Program-made: the position numbers and the translations under genes
Notes under the pieces: model-generated
The model's input: the letters and a program-made list of their open reading frames with translations, nothing else
What the model was told of the DNA's origin: nothing
Database searches by the model: none
Part shown: positions 25,675-38,543 of the stretch, one piece after another
Layout of the letters: each line of letters opens with the position of its first letter
Numbering within the stretch: the stretch's first letter is position 1
DNA from: Paraphysomonas bandaiensis
Lineage: Eukaryota; Protista; Chrysophyceae
Assembly: GCA_965644295.1 (NCBI GenBank)
Contig: CBFFRP010000378.1
Span: forward strand, 1 to 64,000
Length of the DNA stretch: 64,000 nt
Reading direction: 5' to 3'

Positions 25675-26365
25675 TTGTTATTAAGTGGCTTTATTGAGTG
25701 GATATCATAATAACTTGATGAGAACTAACAACTCGATAAGAAACTATCAACTGATAGATTCCTGTATATAAATGAAGGTGAGATTGATCACCAACACATA
25801 TAGGAGAGAGTGAGAATGATTGTGCAGTGGAAACCTTATCAATTGATCTATACAGTGATATATTCTGCTCTCTTGTCAGTGTGTTAAGTACAGTGTACAT
25901 CTATGTACTGCTCTATATGTATGTGTACAGCAGTATGTCTGTATATACATACATATGATACACACATGCATATGGAGCGTATAGTGTATGTATGAGACCT
26001 GCCGTTTCATCCTACTACTCCCGCATACACTCGCACTGCAACCGTATTCTCTGTCCTTGATAAACACTGCTCTGTATATCACTGTATACAGTGATTTGGG
26101 TATACAGTGATATACTGCATTATACAGAAGAATACAGATGATGCTTCTGGAAGCAGATATGCGCACCTCTCTGTCCGTATGGGTGGTACTGTAAAATTTT
26201 ATACACTGTGTCTACTATAGCATGCCTGTACATATACATGCATATGATGTACAGCAGTACATGCGCCTCTATATAGCAACAAGCCTCTGCCTGCCTGCAT
26301 CAGATGCACGCATCAATCACTTGTAACAGTGTTTAATAGCATAGTCGCTACATATATATATCAAT

Positions 26366-27091
26366 ATGTCGAGATTCAATTCAATAGTGTATACGGTGCT
26401 TTGTGCCACCCTCATGTCACATGTGGCGGCTGATTCTGATGAAATTGTTACATGTGGCTCCACTATTAAATTGATACATGCTGAGACAAAGCATCATCTT
26501 CATTCTCATGGAATTGCTTATGGATCAGGAAGTGGACAGCAATCTGTTACTTGCCATGGATCTACTGATGATCAAGGAAGCATGTGGATTTTGAAGGAGG
26601 CATCCACAGCACCTGCTGTTTGCGAGGCCGGAAAAGAGATTAAATGCGGAGATCACATCAGATTACAGCACCTAAGTACCGGCAAAAACCTTCATTCCCA
26701 TCTCTTTAAGTCACCTTTAACGAATAACCAGGAGGTCAGTGGATTTGGAGAAAATGGAGAAGGTACAATAGAATGCCTGTTTTATTTTAACTAACAAATA
26801 TCTGTAGGTGATACTGGAGACAACTGGGAAGTTATTTGCAAACCTGGGAGTCAATGGTGGATTAGAGGAGAGACAGTACAGTTTAAACATGTGGATACTG
26901 GAAAATATCTTTATTCATCAGAATCAGGCAAGTTTTCTGTCCGTAATTGTGGGCAAAACTGTCCAATCATGGGCCAGCTAGAAGTCTGTGCCTTCTCTAG
27001 ACAAGGAGACCCAAAGACCCGCTGGAAGACAGGTCAAGGCATCTATTTTCCCAAATTAATCCCAGAAGATTCTTTAGACGATGAGCTCTAG
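26366..27091 (+). CDS. SDF2: Stromal cell-derived factor 2-like ER protein (MIR domains)
   Basis: Signal peptide; VTCGSTIKL, LHSHGIAYGSGSGQQSVT, LHSHLFKSPL..NQEVSGFG, GDTGDNW; intron 26763-26807; C-terminal DDEL. Confidence 0.95.
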
Positions 27092-27803
27092 GTGTTTAAT
27101 TGATAATCAGTGCAGACATGTTTTCTGTTTGCATGGTATTTAATAAGAATGCTTATACGCGAATGCTACGTATTACGTATACCTTGCTTTCATCAACTCA
27201 ACTCTTGCATATATTTTAAGACAGCGGTACAAATTAATAGTGGGTATAGTTCTTTTAATTTACATTATCAGCAAGCGACAGTATATTACAAATTACAACT
27301 CCTGTGATGGGAAGACAGCCGTAAAAACTATGAAACAAGAAGTTGGCAACACTACGATTACCTCTTACGTAGTTGAACACTATAGTTTACCTTGTTAAGA
27401 CAGGATGGACTCGTCTAATAGTTTAATTTTATGTCAAGCACAGTCGTGTGGAGAGCAGGTCACATTCAGCAATGGATATAGTGTATACATGTAAAATGTA
27501 AACTATAGTGGGTGCTAAATGCTAACCAGTCCTACAGCGCGTAAAGTGAGTACGTGTGCAGACAACGGTCATACACCGGAAAAGAACTTCCTCTTTCTCA
27601 AGGAAATTAGTTCTGAGGCTCTCTGTTGACTACGTATGATCTGTGCTCGTATGCGATACCACTACTACTAACTGGATATCACTAATCACTAGCTATCAAG
27701 TCGCTATTAAGTGAAACGAATAGAGTATCATAGATTTCTCCTGACTGGTTAAATACCGTTAATTCATAAATACACAGGACAAAGACAGTAAGATATTCAG
27801 GTC

Positions 27804-28381
27804 TTAAGCTCTGTACCCGTCGTTACGGCGCCCTCTACCGAAACCTCCCTCTCCAGAGAATTCGGGGTTGAAATCTCCCCCAGCAAACTCCTTGTCTTTT
27901 CCAACACCTTCAATTCCCTCTGTTTATAACACGCTTAGTTATTAATCGTATATATACATTTACTGTGACATACCACGGCCCTTGGGAGCAGCAGCCTTGA
28001 GGGTAGCAGGAACAATATCAGCGGGCAGAGCAAGGTACTGTCTCAAGTACTCAATTCCTGCGTTGGTCAAGTAGTAGTAGTAATATTGCCAGTTGAAGGT
28101 TTCCTTGGTGTACCCCTTGGAGGTGAAGGACTTCATGAGGCTGAGAACCTCGAGGTTGTTGACAGGGATTTCCTCGGAGTGGTCACCCAACCAGTAGTCT
28201 TTCTTGGCGACAAGAGTTCCCTCTAAACTCACTTTTAAAATACAATATATCAACAGTTTCAATAACGTACGTACCTTTGAAGAGGTAGGAGTAAACCGCA
28301 ATGCGGTTTTTCTTCGAGATAAACTACACAACAGCATTGAATTAGAGAGTAGCATATCAACCACTACATAGAGCATACCAT
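27804..28381 (-). CDS. RPS10: 40S ribosomal protein S10 (eS10), 4 exons
   Basis: M|FISKKNRIAVYSYLFKE|GTLVAKKD..NLEV..LMKSFTSKGY..FNWQYYYYYLTNAGIEYLRQYL..VPATL. Exons 28379-28381, 28275-28323, 27974-28222 and 27804-27919. Confidence 0.97.
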
Positions 28382-29343
28382 GTTTGAAAATCAAGTATTA
28401 GGGTATTTGTTTCACGAACGCTTTATCGCAAAACAAATGACACAGTCAGGAGCAACTTTAATGTGTAATCTAGCAAATGTATCAGAGCCCCTGAGCACAC
28501 ACATATATGCATACAGTCATCACCACTACTCTCCTCTCCTCCAAATGAAAGAGACATATCTACAAAAGTCACACAATTTCAGTTTGTTTGTTTGGGAGTT
28601 GTAGATCGCTGTATATGAACAGTATTCTCATATTGTAGTGTGTGTGTAGCATTGGTATCCATATCTAAGTATGGTATGCAGTGCATGATATCCTCATTCC
28701 ATGGTGTCGATCTTCAAGCGTCCTCATGCTACCTCAATATGATAGGAACTACCGAAAATTGCATCCAGAGTTGACCATTGCATATGATGATCTGTATTTA
28801 GTTTATTCTATACGTAGATTGTGCTGTGTGTAGTGTGCATATTCCAGTAGATATGCAACAGTGGTCAAGCCACCTTAAGAACCACTATAAGCTCAGTGTA
28901 ACTTATGCGTATTATGCTTAGCATAATGTGTTCAATAATATTTTATGTGTGCATGTGAGATTTAGTTGGTGGCATGATATATTTAGCATATATTCTTTAG
29001 CTGCGATATGAAGTATAATTTATGTAGCCCTCTACTTTGAAACCTCGAATCGATTGACATTTGTACCAGTGGTTCAGAATGTATTGCCGAATCCTTTATA
29101 CGAACACCGTAACTTGTATAATCTATCTTTTCCGCATCTTTCTTATCTAAGTATTTCAACCTTCAACCAAAATGTGGGATCATGTTTTGTCTAACCGACA
29201 ATAATTAGTGGCATATTATATTGAAGGTCTTTTTATTTAGCAATAGGTGTTAAAAGTGGCATATTATATTTTCTAGCTTATGTGTTACGTTGAGCATTAT
29301 TATCCACTTCTGTTAGGTATGATTAGCAGCTTGCAGTCCTATG

Positions 29344-29634
29344 AGTGCCCCATTCTGAGCGCTTACTTAGGTAGAGCCGGGTGGGTACCTAATACTTGAT
29401 TTAAGTCCCATACGATATTTGCTAGCTACCTACTGAACCCAACTAGCTACATCATTGTCACACGGTATTCAGCGCTGAATATGCAGTGAGACCCCGGGTG
29501 GGGAACCGCTGAACTGAGCAATGTGTACATAGATAGAAGTGCGCGGTCGCAGCACCCCTAGAGGGCCGCACGCAATGAATAGTTACGCTATCAGTATGGG
29601 GCAATGAACATTAAAAATAATAGTCACATAATAA
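29344..29634 (+). mobile_element. SINE-like or truncated retroposon insertion with 13-bp TSD
   Basis: ttgcagtcctatg at 29331-29343 and 29635-29647 flanks a 291-bp GC-richer insert that ends in an A/TAA-rich tail. Confidence 0.55.
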
Positions 29635-29867
29635 TTGCAGTCCTATGTAGTATTGGCTATTGGCTAATGATTAATGCAGTACACAGCCATGTTACAGTAC
29701 TATTCTTCACTGAGTCATACAAAATTAGTTCTATGATTATATGTTTAACGTTTAACTACACATATATTTCTACGTAAGACGAAGTAGAAGAAATAGCAGT
29801 TTAATTATTGGTTAAATAAACCAAAGTATTTACTTTGACACCCTAAACTCAGTGTAAAATGAGTTCC

Positions 29868-31434
29868 TCATTCAAATACCATCTTGGCAGCGACATCAGC
29901 ATGGTTCATGAAAGCGGACTTGAGGTGCTGGTACCCAGTGTGCACATCTTCTACACCCATCATCTCCCTAATAAATATCAGCATAACTAAAAATATAATA
30001 TGAAATCAATCTACCTGATGCTGTGCATAGAGAATTGTGGTGAACCGACATCTACGGTAGGGATGCCGCTCAGAGTAGCTATGATTGGGCCAATGGTACT
30101 GAAAGCAATCAATGAACTCAATAAAAAAACAATGAAAAAGTGTACTAATACCTGCCGCACCCCATGTCTGCACGTACTGAAAAATCCTGCATGGAAAGTC
30201 CAGCAATATTCGCAAATTCTTTGAACATAACCGATGTCGACGAATTGGTGGCGTATCGTTGGTTAGCATTGTGTTTGACTACCAATCCCCGGTTTATCTT
30301 TGGCGCCATACACGGGTCGTGCTTGCTCGGATAATTCGGATGATGCGCGTGGGCCATGTCTATAGAGACCACAAGGCTCTTTCTCTTAGCACGCAAGAGA
30401 GAATCTGATGTAGTAGAAAGCTGAGAATCGATGCGGGACAACGTGTCAGTGAACATTGAGGACCCTGCACCCTGGCAAGAATTCGATCCCACCTCCTCGT
30501 GATCGAATATCATCGCCATCTGGATGCTACGATGGTAACCGGACGACGGATTTGCTGCGCACTCGTCAGCAGCATCACAGATGGCTCGTATGCACTGATA
30601 GGAAGAACAGAGGTTATCGAGCCGACCGCTGAAGACGAGCTCCTCTGCAGCGCCCCCAATGACCGACGGCTGCAAATCAATCAACTGCAGGTCCATATCA
30701 ACGATGTCTTCAGGAGATTTTAGTCCACATGCAGCAGCTACCATGCTGGCAAGGCATGGGTGAAAGCCATTTGAAAGGGGTGTGGTCTCTACAAGAGACG
30801 GGTCCATTGAGAGAATTGCCTTACAGTGTTCGTGCAGGTTTGGGGCAAAGGAGGCGCGCTCTTCCGCAGAGGTCAAGTGGATAGCAAGATTGGGGATTCT
30901 AGCAACAGGACGATCGATACAAACGAGTTTCGCTTCCATAGAGCCATCGGCCTTGCGAGCAATGACCCGACCGGCAATTCCCAGGTCCCTGTATATACGT
31001 TAAATTTCTCGTTGGATAATATATATCCTGTACCTGTCAAACCATGTGTGCCATAACCCTCCTCCATACGGCTGGGTATTGATCACCAATGCGTCAGCCT
31101 TAACAGAGCAGGGTGCGGCTTTTACTCTGAAGCAGGGAGAGTCTGAATGGGCGCCCACAACAGTAAATCCATTCCCCGCCACATAATCCTTTCCAACCGT
31201 AAAGGCAATCACAGACGTCCCATTCCTGGTGTAATAGTATTTCCCTCCCGGCTGAATATCCCATGCCTCTGTCTCATGAAGACAAGTAAATCCTTCAGAT
31301 GATAGAATGCGTACACAGCTATCTATCGCATGATACGGAGTGCATGACTCGTTCATGAAATCTATAAAACCATTACAGAATCTGCGGGCAGTGGGAGTGA
31401 TGCCTGATTCCTTTGATTTTTTGCTAGGTTCCAT
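29868..31434 (-). CDS. DNPEP: Aspartyl aminopeptidase (M18 family)
   Basis: GAHSDSP, YGGGLWHTWFDR|DL, RLDNL, FDHEEVGS, DMAHAHHPNY, CG|STIGP, MHSIR|EM. Confidence 0.95.
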
Positions 31435-31829
31435 TGTTATTTATTGATAAATGCGGATAGAGTAGAGATGAAGAGGACTATATGTCGTATATATATATAT
31501 GTTGGACAGACCTGCTTGAGCATTCTTGCGAAGAACAGTATACTATATAGCATGTACTGTACATAGAGTATAGCAGTGTATATAGATACCACAACATACA
31601 ATATATCTATATTGGCATACCGGAGACGGACCGGCTGCGGCCCGTGTAAAATTTCTCCCGGATGTCTATACGTATTTGAATATTTAAAAGGCGATGTTAG
31701 CATACAAGAATCCCTCCAGTGTGTACAAGGCCACCATACTATATACACACATCCATGCGAATCCATCCTACTGCAGTTCACTAAGCAGCGAACGTACATA
31801 TTAATATACCTACCAAGTGAAGTATTAAC

Positions 31830-32287
31830 ATGGTGAATCTTGAACCTACGAATGAGAGCGACACAGCAAGTCAAGCTGATGAAATCGCCTCAAAGATATT
31901 CAGCACATTGATAGCAACATTTAAACTAAAGGTCTCTTAATATCTCTACATCTAAAGTATGTTAACATCTAAACTAGACGGGAAATGATCCTACAGAGGA
32001 AGAGCTTGAGGAGTTATTGTCTGAGATGACAGAGGAACGGATTCAAGCAATGCTTGATGGTCGTGAAGATGAGGACTGTGCAACTGAGAAGAATGAAGAA
32101 GTGCCGTCAAGTCCAGTGGCACAGAAGCCTAGCCCTTCCAAACGATTGACCCCAGATGGAATCAAATGTGATAAGGAAAATAGTGAAGATGTGGGCTCTA
32201 AACGAAAGAAATGTAACACAGAGGGTGAAAGTGATGGAGAGGTGCGATTCTTTTGCTTTGCTACCTAGGCTTCTATGTCTTGAGAAT
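31830..32287 (+). CDS. Small acidic hypothetical protein; 3' end uncertain
   Basis: MVNLEPTNES..ATFKLK|TGNDPTEEELEELLSEMTEERI across a GT-AG intron at ~31931-31977. Confidence 0.5.
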
Positions 32288-32660
32288 GTGAATTCGTAAT
32301 TTTGTGAATATTCCAAAAGAAGGTGTGAAAGTTTTACCACCAATTGTTTTACTTTTCAATGTATGCATACATATGAAGTTTTATAATTAAATTCAATGAT
32401 TTTGAGAACATTGTTGGAAAAGCCTACTAAGTCCTAGGTTCCGTATTTTATAGTGGTTTTAGCCATTGGCTGTAATATTTGCAACTACAAATAGCATTAC
32501 GAGCTGGAGAGTAGCTCAAGGGTCCCTTATGGAAAGAGTACTCGATTTTTTTAAATTTAAAGATATATAAAGTACAAAGTACTACAAACACATTATGCTT
32601 AAGTGCTACGGAGGAAAATAGTACTCGTATTTACAAATGCAGATAAGAGCACAGTTTTCC

Positions 32661-34039
32661 CTACAAACCGACGTCAAGTACAGTCGACACAATAGTATCC
32701 TTACAGTCTGGAAGTTTAACAAGCTCAGATGGCTCCACAGACGTATTCTCGCTGTCACCAAAAGAGCAAAGTTGCAGCTGCATATATGATACATCAATCC
32801 ATCTATTGAATTTGTGGCCCACACCCCGTAATGTTCCGATGTCTTCGAACCCCAATTTCTTGTGTAGAGAGATACTCGGAATGTTGGGAAGAGACACGAA
32901 GGCTACAGCACTGCGTACGTGCTGTAACCTAAGGCAAGCAAAGAGGGTGGAGTATAGTCGTGATGCTATTCCACACCGCGTTTTGCTAGGGCTGACATAC
33001 ACAGAAGTCTCCGCCGTCCATCTGTAATAATTAATCTAATTTCGATTGAAGCGAAACCCAAAAATATAATACACACCTGTAGGCAGGTCTTGCGCGGTAT
33101 GGCGAGGCGTAGGCATACCCTACAATATCACCACTTCTAGAAATTGCCAGTAGCCATGGGAATCTCTCCATACAGCTTCGCATGCGCTCCGTCATCTCCT
33201 AATAATAAGAGTAGAGAATGAAGTGAGCAGAGTGCCACCAATAGAATACCTCAGGAGTTGGAGCTTCCAGCTCAAATGAGGTATGACTCTGAAGCACAAC
33301 AGGTCTATATATATTAAGACACCCCTTAGCCTCCTCCAGTGTCGGAGTGGCCATGTATATGCGTATTTCATCTCTCGTTTTATCGTCAGATGTGTCTGGC
33401 TCACTGGTACTCGCAGAAACTTCAGGCACAGGAACCAGTCTACCACTTTCCTCCTTCATTGTGTTTATCTCTGGTCGTCCGCTTTGAGTGCAAAGCTCCC
33501 TTTCAAACAGAAGTAACTGCTCTCGATTATCTCTGAGTGGGGAGCATTGTGGTCGACGAGAGCACACCTGTGACCACGACTCCCTTAAGTTGAGCCCTAC
33601 TCGTATATTTACTACTTAAATATAATTGGCAAGATTACTCAATCTTACCATTCATAATCATGAGTACTGCAATCGCCACCGTTGCACTCCGATTGCTTCC
33701 ATTTGCACAATGAATCAGTACACGAGTATCGTCGCGCTCATGTATTGCTAGTATAACGAAATCTGCCGCCTCTCTGAACACTCGTTTTATCCCAATATCT
33801 CCTCCAAAGTCAGCCACATATAGTGATTTATAAACAAATATATTATTGTCTTCATAGTAATTAGGAACATCATCAGCACAATTAAGTATATGCGTGATGC
33901 TATGTTGCTGTAATTGACTTAAGTTCATAGCATCTCTACCTGCCCCTAACCACAGGCGAGATTGATAGATATCTGATGCCCATATCGTGCCTGATTCCAT
34001 GGCACGTCGTCTACTTAGTGCTTCACTCAGTGATGTCAT
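32661..34039 (-). CDS. Dual-specificity phosphatase fused to a phosphinothricin/MetSX acetyltransferase-like GNAT, 4 exons
   Basis: DSP motifs LWLG, ITHILNC, HCANGSNRSAT, VCSRRPQCSP..QLLLFE. GNAT motifs TSFELEAPT, VGYAYASPYRARPAYRWTAETSVYV, PNIPSISLHKKLGF, GHKFNRWIDV. Exons 33649-34039, 33250-33596, 33077-33198 and 32661-33021. Confidence 0.85.
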
Positions 34040-34909
34040 GTCTATGTATGGATACGATAAGAAGATATGCGCTGCACATGCATACTATAATCACATCACA
34101 TGAGCTGGCTGCATATGCATGCTATACACGGCTGTATATGGACCATATCTACTACCGTACACAGAATACGGAATACAGTAGTTTATGCAGTCCACGCACA
34201 TACAGCCCCTATTTGGTGTCCCATATGTGTACATTGCAATATATAGACAAAACAATATATCAAGCATCACCTACATTGTGCTGCAACTTTCTCCTTACGT
34301 TAGGTGCTATCTATATGACACTTATTAATGCAACATTGTCCCATATTTCAACCACCATTTCTTTCGTGTGAAGAAATACAGTCGGTGTAGCATTGCATAC
34401 AGCACATGTCGAGTATTCCAATAAAATGCCTTCGGTATATATAATCATAAGTGAACTAGATGTGGCATGTGTATAACTACAAAAACGTACGTGTCATTTA
34501 TCTTCAACTTGTTTGTAAGGTTTCATTATCGGCTTCGATTTATACCTATGTATCTTTCATTTCGTATAATAACAGTCATATAATTTGAATGAATTCAAAA
34601 GATGGGACTATTTAGTTAGCCCACGTTCTTCTCAGATATAGAAGAAATTTGTTAAAGCTAGCCCGTTAAATGTTACTGTTGTACATTGACGGTAACGTTG
34701 CTTGCACCAGTAATTTTTACTGTCAATTATCGAATTGAAACTACAGTAATCAGTAATGTATGTAATATACAATTGTACTGGTTGTTGCTGTCACGAACAA
34801 TTATCAGTAATTCGTTATACCAGACTGGATACAATTAAATACTTTATACAGACAAATATTACTTACTACATAGGACTCTATATACACATCACATGTAACA
34901 TTTCATTTT

Positions 34910-36142
34910 TTACGAAATGTCTCTATGACGGGGATAGTTATTAACTGCATCTTCTATCATTTTCATTCTATTTTCGCGCTCATTTTCAAGAGCCGAGTTC
35001 GCAATAAATAACCTTAAATTCAGTGCCTGCATAGCCTGAAAGTGAGTGTCCCGAACTGCGGACATCTCTTCTTCATGCCTCTTGACCATAGCTAACACAC
35101 ACTGTCTATGTACCTCCTCAACCTCAGCTGCATCAACACAGCAGTGTCGATAGCAACCACACAACCCAGAATTGCTAGATTTTGGATCATTATAGTCGAC
35201 AGATGCCAAGTCCGGTTTCATAGTCCACCTCGGAGACTGAGGATGAACTCCCGGACTAGCATCTCGCCCCATAGAGTTACTAGATCTGTTACTTGGTGAT
35301 TTGCTCTGACTTGCAATAGTGCGATTCCGCCCACGCTCTTTGCCAGGAGTTCGATTGAAAGTCGACCCGCCCTCACCTTCATCAACAACTTTTCTTGGCC
35401 GTTGGTGTCGACCCACGATATTCCATCCACCTTCGTTGTCAAAATCGCTAGACACCGCATGATCGAGTTGCATATGCAATAGGCTGCTAAGAGGTTCGTT
35501 CTCCACAGAATTCTTCGAAACAACATCATCCGGTTGTGTAAATCCACTTTCAGGTGAGTCTATACTAATCCCACACCCTTCATCACTTTCATGCCCATCA
35601 TCAGAGATTTCAGATATTCGTGATGATTCCTTAGAGTCAAGTTCAAAACACTGCTCGGGTACAGATGCAGGGGCTGATTTTTTATCAATAGGTGAAAGCT
35701 TCGGATGCCCGTCTTTGACTTTAGCTTTCGCCTTATTCTTTGACTTCTTTTTGCGCTTCTTCTTGGCCAGTCCAGGTTCTTCCCCTTTGTCAAGTTCAGG
35801 CGTTTTGTTTTCAACTTCATTGCAAACTTCATGAGCTCTATAATCCAGTAGTAATCTAGGACTCAGCTGTAAGAGAGGCAGTGGAGTCATTCCATGCACT
35901 TCCCTCTCTTTATTGCATCGTATCTGAAGTCTTGCAAAATGGTTACGTTGATCGGTCGAAAAATGTATATGATCTAGCCTGCCGTGTGATGCATCTAATA
36001 GTTGCTGTGGAGTGCATGAGTGTCTTGCTAATATAACTGTCAATTTATAGATACGAAGCGACTTTTGAATCGGATTTTGAGATAATTCATTCGCACAAGT
36101 TACCACTAGTTGATTGATATCAGATGTGGAGATTTCAGACAT
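34910..36142 (-). CDS. Hypothetical protein, 410 aa
   Basis: Uninterrupted ORF with a basic KKKRKKKSK stretch, a disordered middle and a C-terminal coiled coil. Confidence 0.7.
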   Translation of the reverse strand: MSEISTSDINQLVVTCANELSQNPIQKSLRIYKLTVILARHSCTPQQLLDASHGRLDHIHFSTDQRNHFARLQIRCNKEREVHGMTPLPLLQLSPRLLLDYRAHEVCNEVENKTPELDKGEEPGLAKKKRKKKSKNKAKAKVKDGHPKLSPIDKKSAPASVPEQCFELDSKESSRISEISDDGHESDEGCGISIDSPESGFTQPDDVVSKNSVENEPLSSLLHMQLDHAVSSDFDNEGGWNIVGRHQRPRKVVDEGEGGSTFNRTPGKERGRNRTIASQSKSPSNRSSNSMGRDASPGVHPQSPRWTMKPDLASVDYNDPKSSNSGLCGCYRHCCVDAAEVEEVHRQCVLAMVKRHEEEMSAVRDTHFQAMQALNLRLFIANSALENERENRMKMIEDAVNNYPRHRDIS

Positions 36143-36524
36143 TGTTTTTCATGAATAATTAACGGATTTCAAACATGTTGTAATATATGTGCAGGTTAAC
36201 TCTATGCATGGTATGCAGCAGACACAAGCACAGCAGTTAGTACCGTAGTGTTATATATACGGAGGGTATACTGACAGTATTCATTCATAGTACAGTGTAC
36301 ATTTATTTCAGTTTGACCATTTAAGATCACATATCAAAGTGGAAAGAAGAGAGAAGTAGTGCATAATACAGCAGCCTGATATTAGTGGCGGTGTGCACAC
36401 TGGACACACACACAGCAGCATACAGCAGTGCATATATACATACACACACACATACATGCATATATCAGTAGATTGCATTCATAGTTATATTAGAAGATAT
36501 ATACATCACTCTGTGCTCGAATAA

Positions 36525-37587
36525 ATGAAGAGTTCAGTATACGCACCAGTTCCTGATAGCCTTGAAGAGGTTCAGGCTCAACGGCCCGTACAAGAGGTTC
36601 ATATTGATGGACTGGTAGGTCATTTATATATATATATATTACTGTATATAACTCCTGTTATAGGCGGTTCTAAAGATTGTCAAGCATTGTAATGATAACT
36701 TACCTAACATGGTAACGGGGTCTCTGTTGGGACTGGATGTAGACGGGGTGCTTGAGGTCACATACTCATTTCCTTTTCCTACTACAGTTGATGCCGATGG
36801 AGAGGGTGCTGTAGTCGCCTCTGATGGACAAAATTATCAGATAGAGATGATGAAAATGCTACGTGATGTGAATATGGATAATAACTGCGTGGGGTGGTAT
36901 CAGAGCACTAATATGGGTGCATATTGCACATCTGAAGCGATCGAATATCAATATGGTTACCAATCATCTGATGATCTATCTGACAGTAGCGTGGTTATCT
37001 TTTACGACCCGATACAGTCCAAACATGGCCACTTGGAAATTAAAGCGTTCCGCTTAAGTGAAGAATATATGCAACTCCGACGCACCGAAGACAATAACTA
37101 CGTGAAACCTACAAATATTCTTGTTGAACTCCCTGTGAAAATAAAAAATTCTGGTCATATTGCGGGCTTTTTGCGATGCCTACAGGACACTCATAGAGAA
37201 GAACTCAGCTCTGAATTTGATCCGCTTACACTAAGTGGTAGTGATTCATATGCCGAGAAGCATCTTGAACGCATGGTCATTTGGACAGACGACGCGATTA
37301 AAGTGAACCAAGAGTTCGGGGGCTACTCTCGTCGCGTAGCCAAAGCGAGACAAGAACAAATTAGATGGCTAAGTCATCGCATACAGGACAATGCACAACG
37401 TATAGAAGATGGCGAGGACCCATTGCCTGAATCTCTAAGCGAGTTAAAACCTGTTCCACCACCAAAGATCGAGTCATCCGTGGTACTTGGACAGCTGGGC
37501 CTCTACACGTCACAATTAAATCAGCACGTAGATGGCAACTTCGAGAAGTTATTTGCCATTTCCCAGATGTATTCGTCAAGTAAATAA
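36525..37587 (+). CDS. EIF3H: Translation initiation factor 3 subunit H (MPN domain)
   Basis: VHIDGL|AVLKIVKHC, GSLLGL, YQIEMMKMLRDVNMDNNCVGWYQS; intron 36615-36663. Confidence 0.95.
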
Positions 37588-38543
37588 TCAATTTATTTTA
37601 GCTATGTATTTCGTTAAATGAAGGTATTCAAAACAATTACTCCTCTTGTATTGCAATCATCTGTAGGAATAGCGATGTGTCGTGGTGGTAAACATAGTCC
37701 ATTAAAGGGTGCCCAGTTCCCGGCAATCATTATAATGGCCATTAAGATAGTATCGCTCATAAGAGATAGTGCGTCCACCTTAATTACTACTAAAGTTAAT
37801 TAAGAGACCACGAGCCATACCTAGACGTCATATTCTTGTTGCTTTCAACTGGCACATTAGGATCTTCTTGAATGGCATGATGAAGGGTAGTAGAATCCCA
37901 CAACATATAATTGAAAAAATCAAAAAGAGTTAGAAATTATTAGGATTCAGCTTAACACATGATTGTATTCTAAATTCTGTATAGAAATGAAGTACAGAAT
38001 CTACAAGAAATTACTTCAACAGAAACTGGAGTCAAGTAGGCAAATAAATTGAAAATAAAGTAGCTGTTCAAGATTAAGGACATGACGTTGCTAATAGTCG
38101 TAGAGAGGTAAGAAGATGTAAGTATAAGAGTTAATAGTAAATTATAAGAATTGTAAAGAGGTTTTCGTAAAACTCATTACTCGATTTAGCCAGTGAACAT
38201 GAAAAATGAAGTTTAGTGTTACTCATAGTAATACTCCAACACCTCTGGTCGCAAATTCCAATGCAGACTGCCTTGTTATGACAAAAAATCAGCTATTACA
38301 TACACATTAAATAAACTCTCCACAATGAGTGATCTGTAATCAAACTATATCAGCTTGCTCTTTGTAAATGTGATCGCGACAGATTAAAATAAAGCACGAT
38401 GATTACTACCATTAACGTTGTTTCACTGCCACATTAGATAAAACTATACTTGTACAATCAGCTGTTATTCATGGATCGTATCAGACTCGGAAGACAGCAT
38501 GCAGCATAACAAATCTGTCCACCCGTCATAAACATTGTAGTTC

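Noticed and set aside
32500-32555. tRNA-like gtagctcaagg followed by a T-run
   Set aside because: No T-loop/B-box and no cloverleaf.
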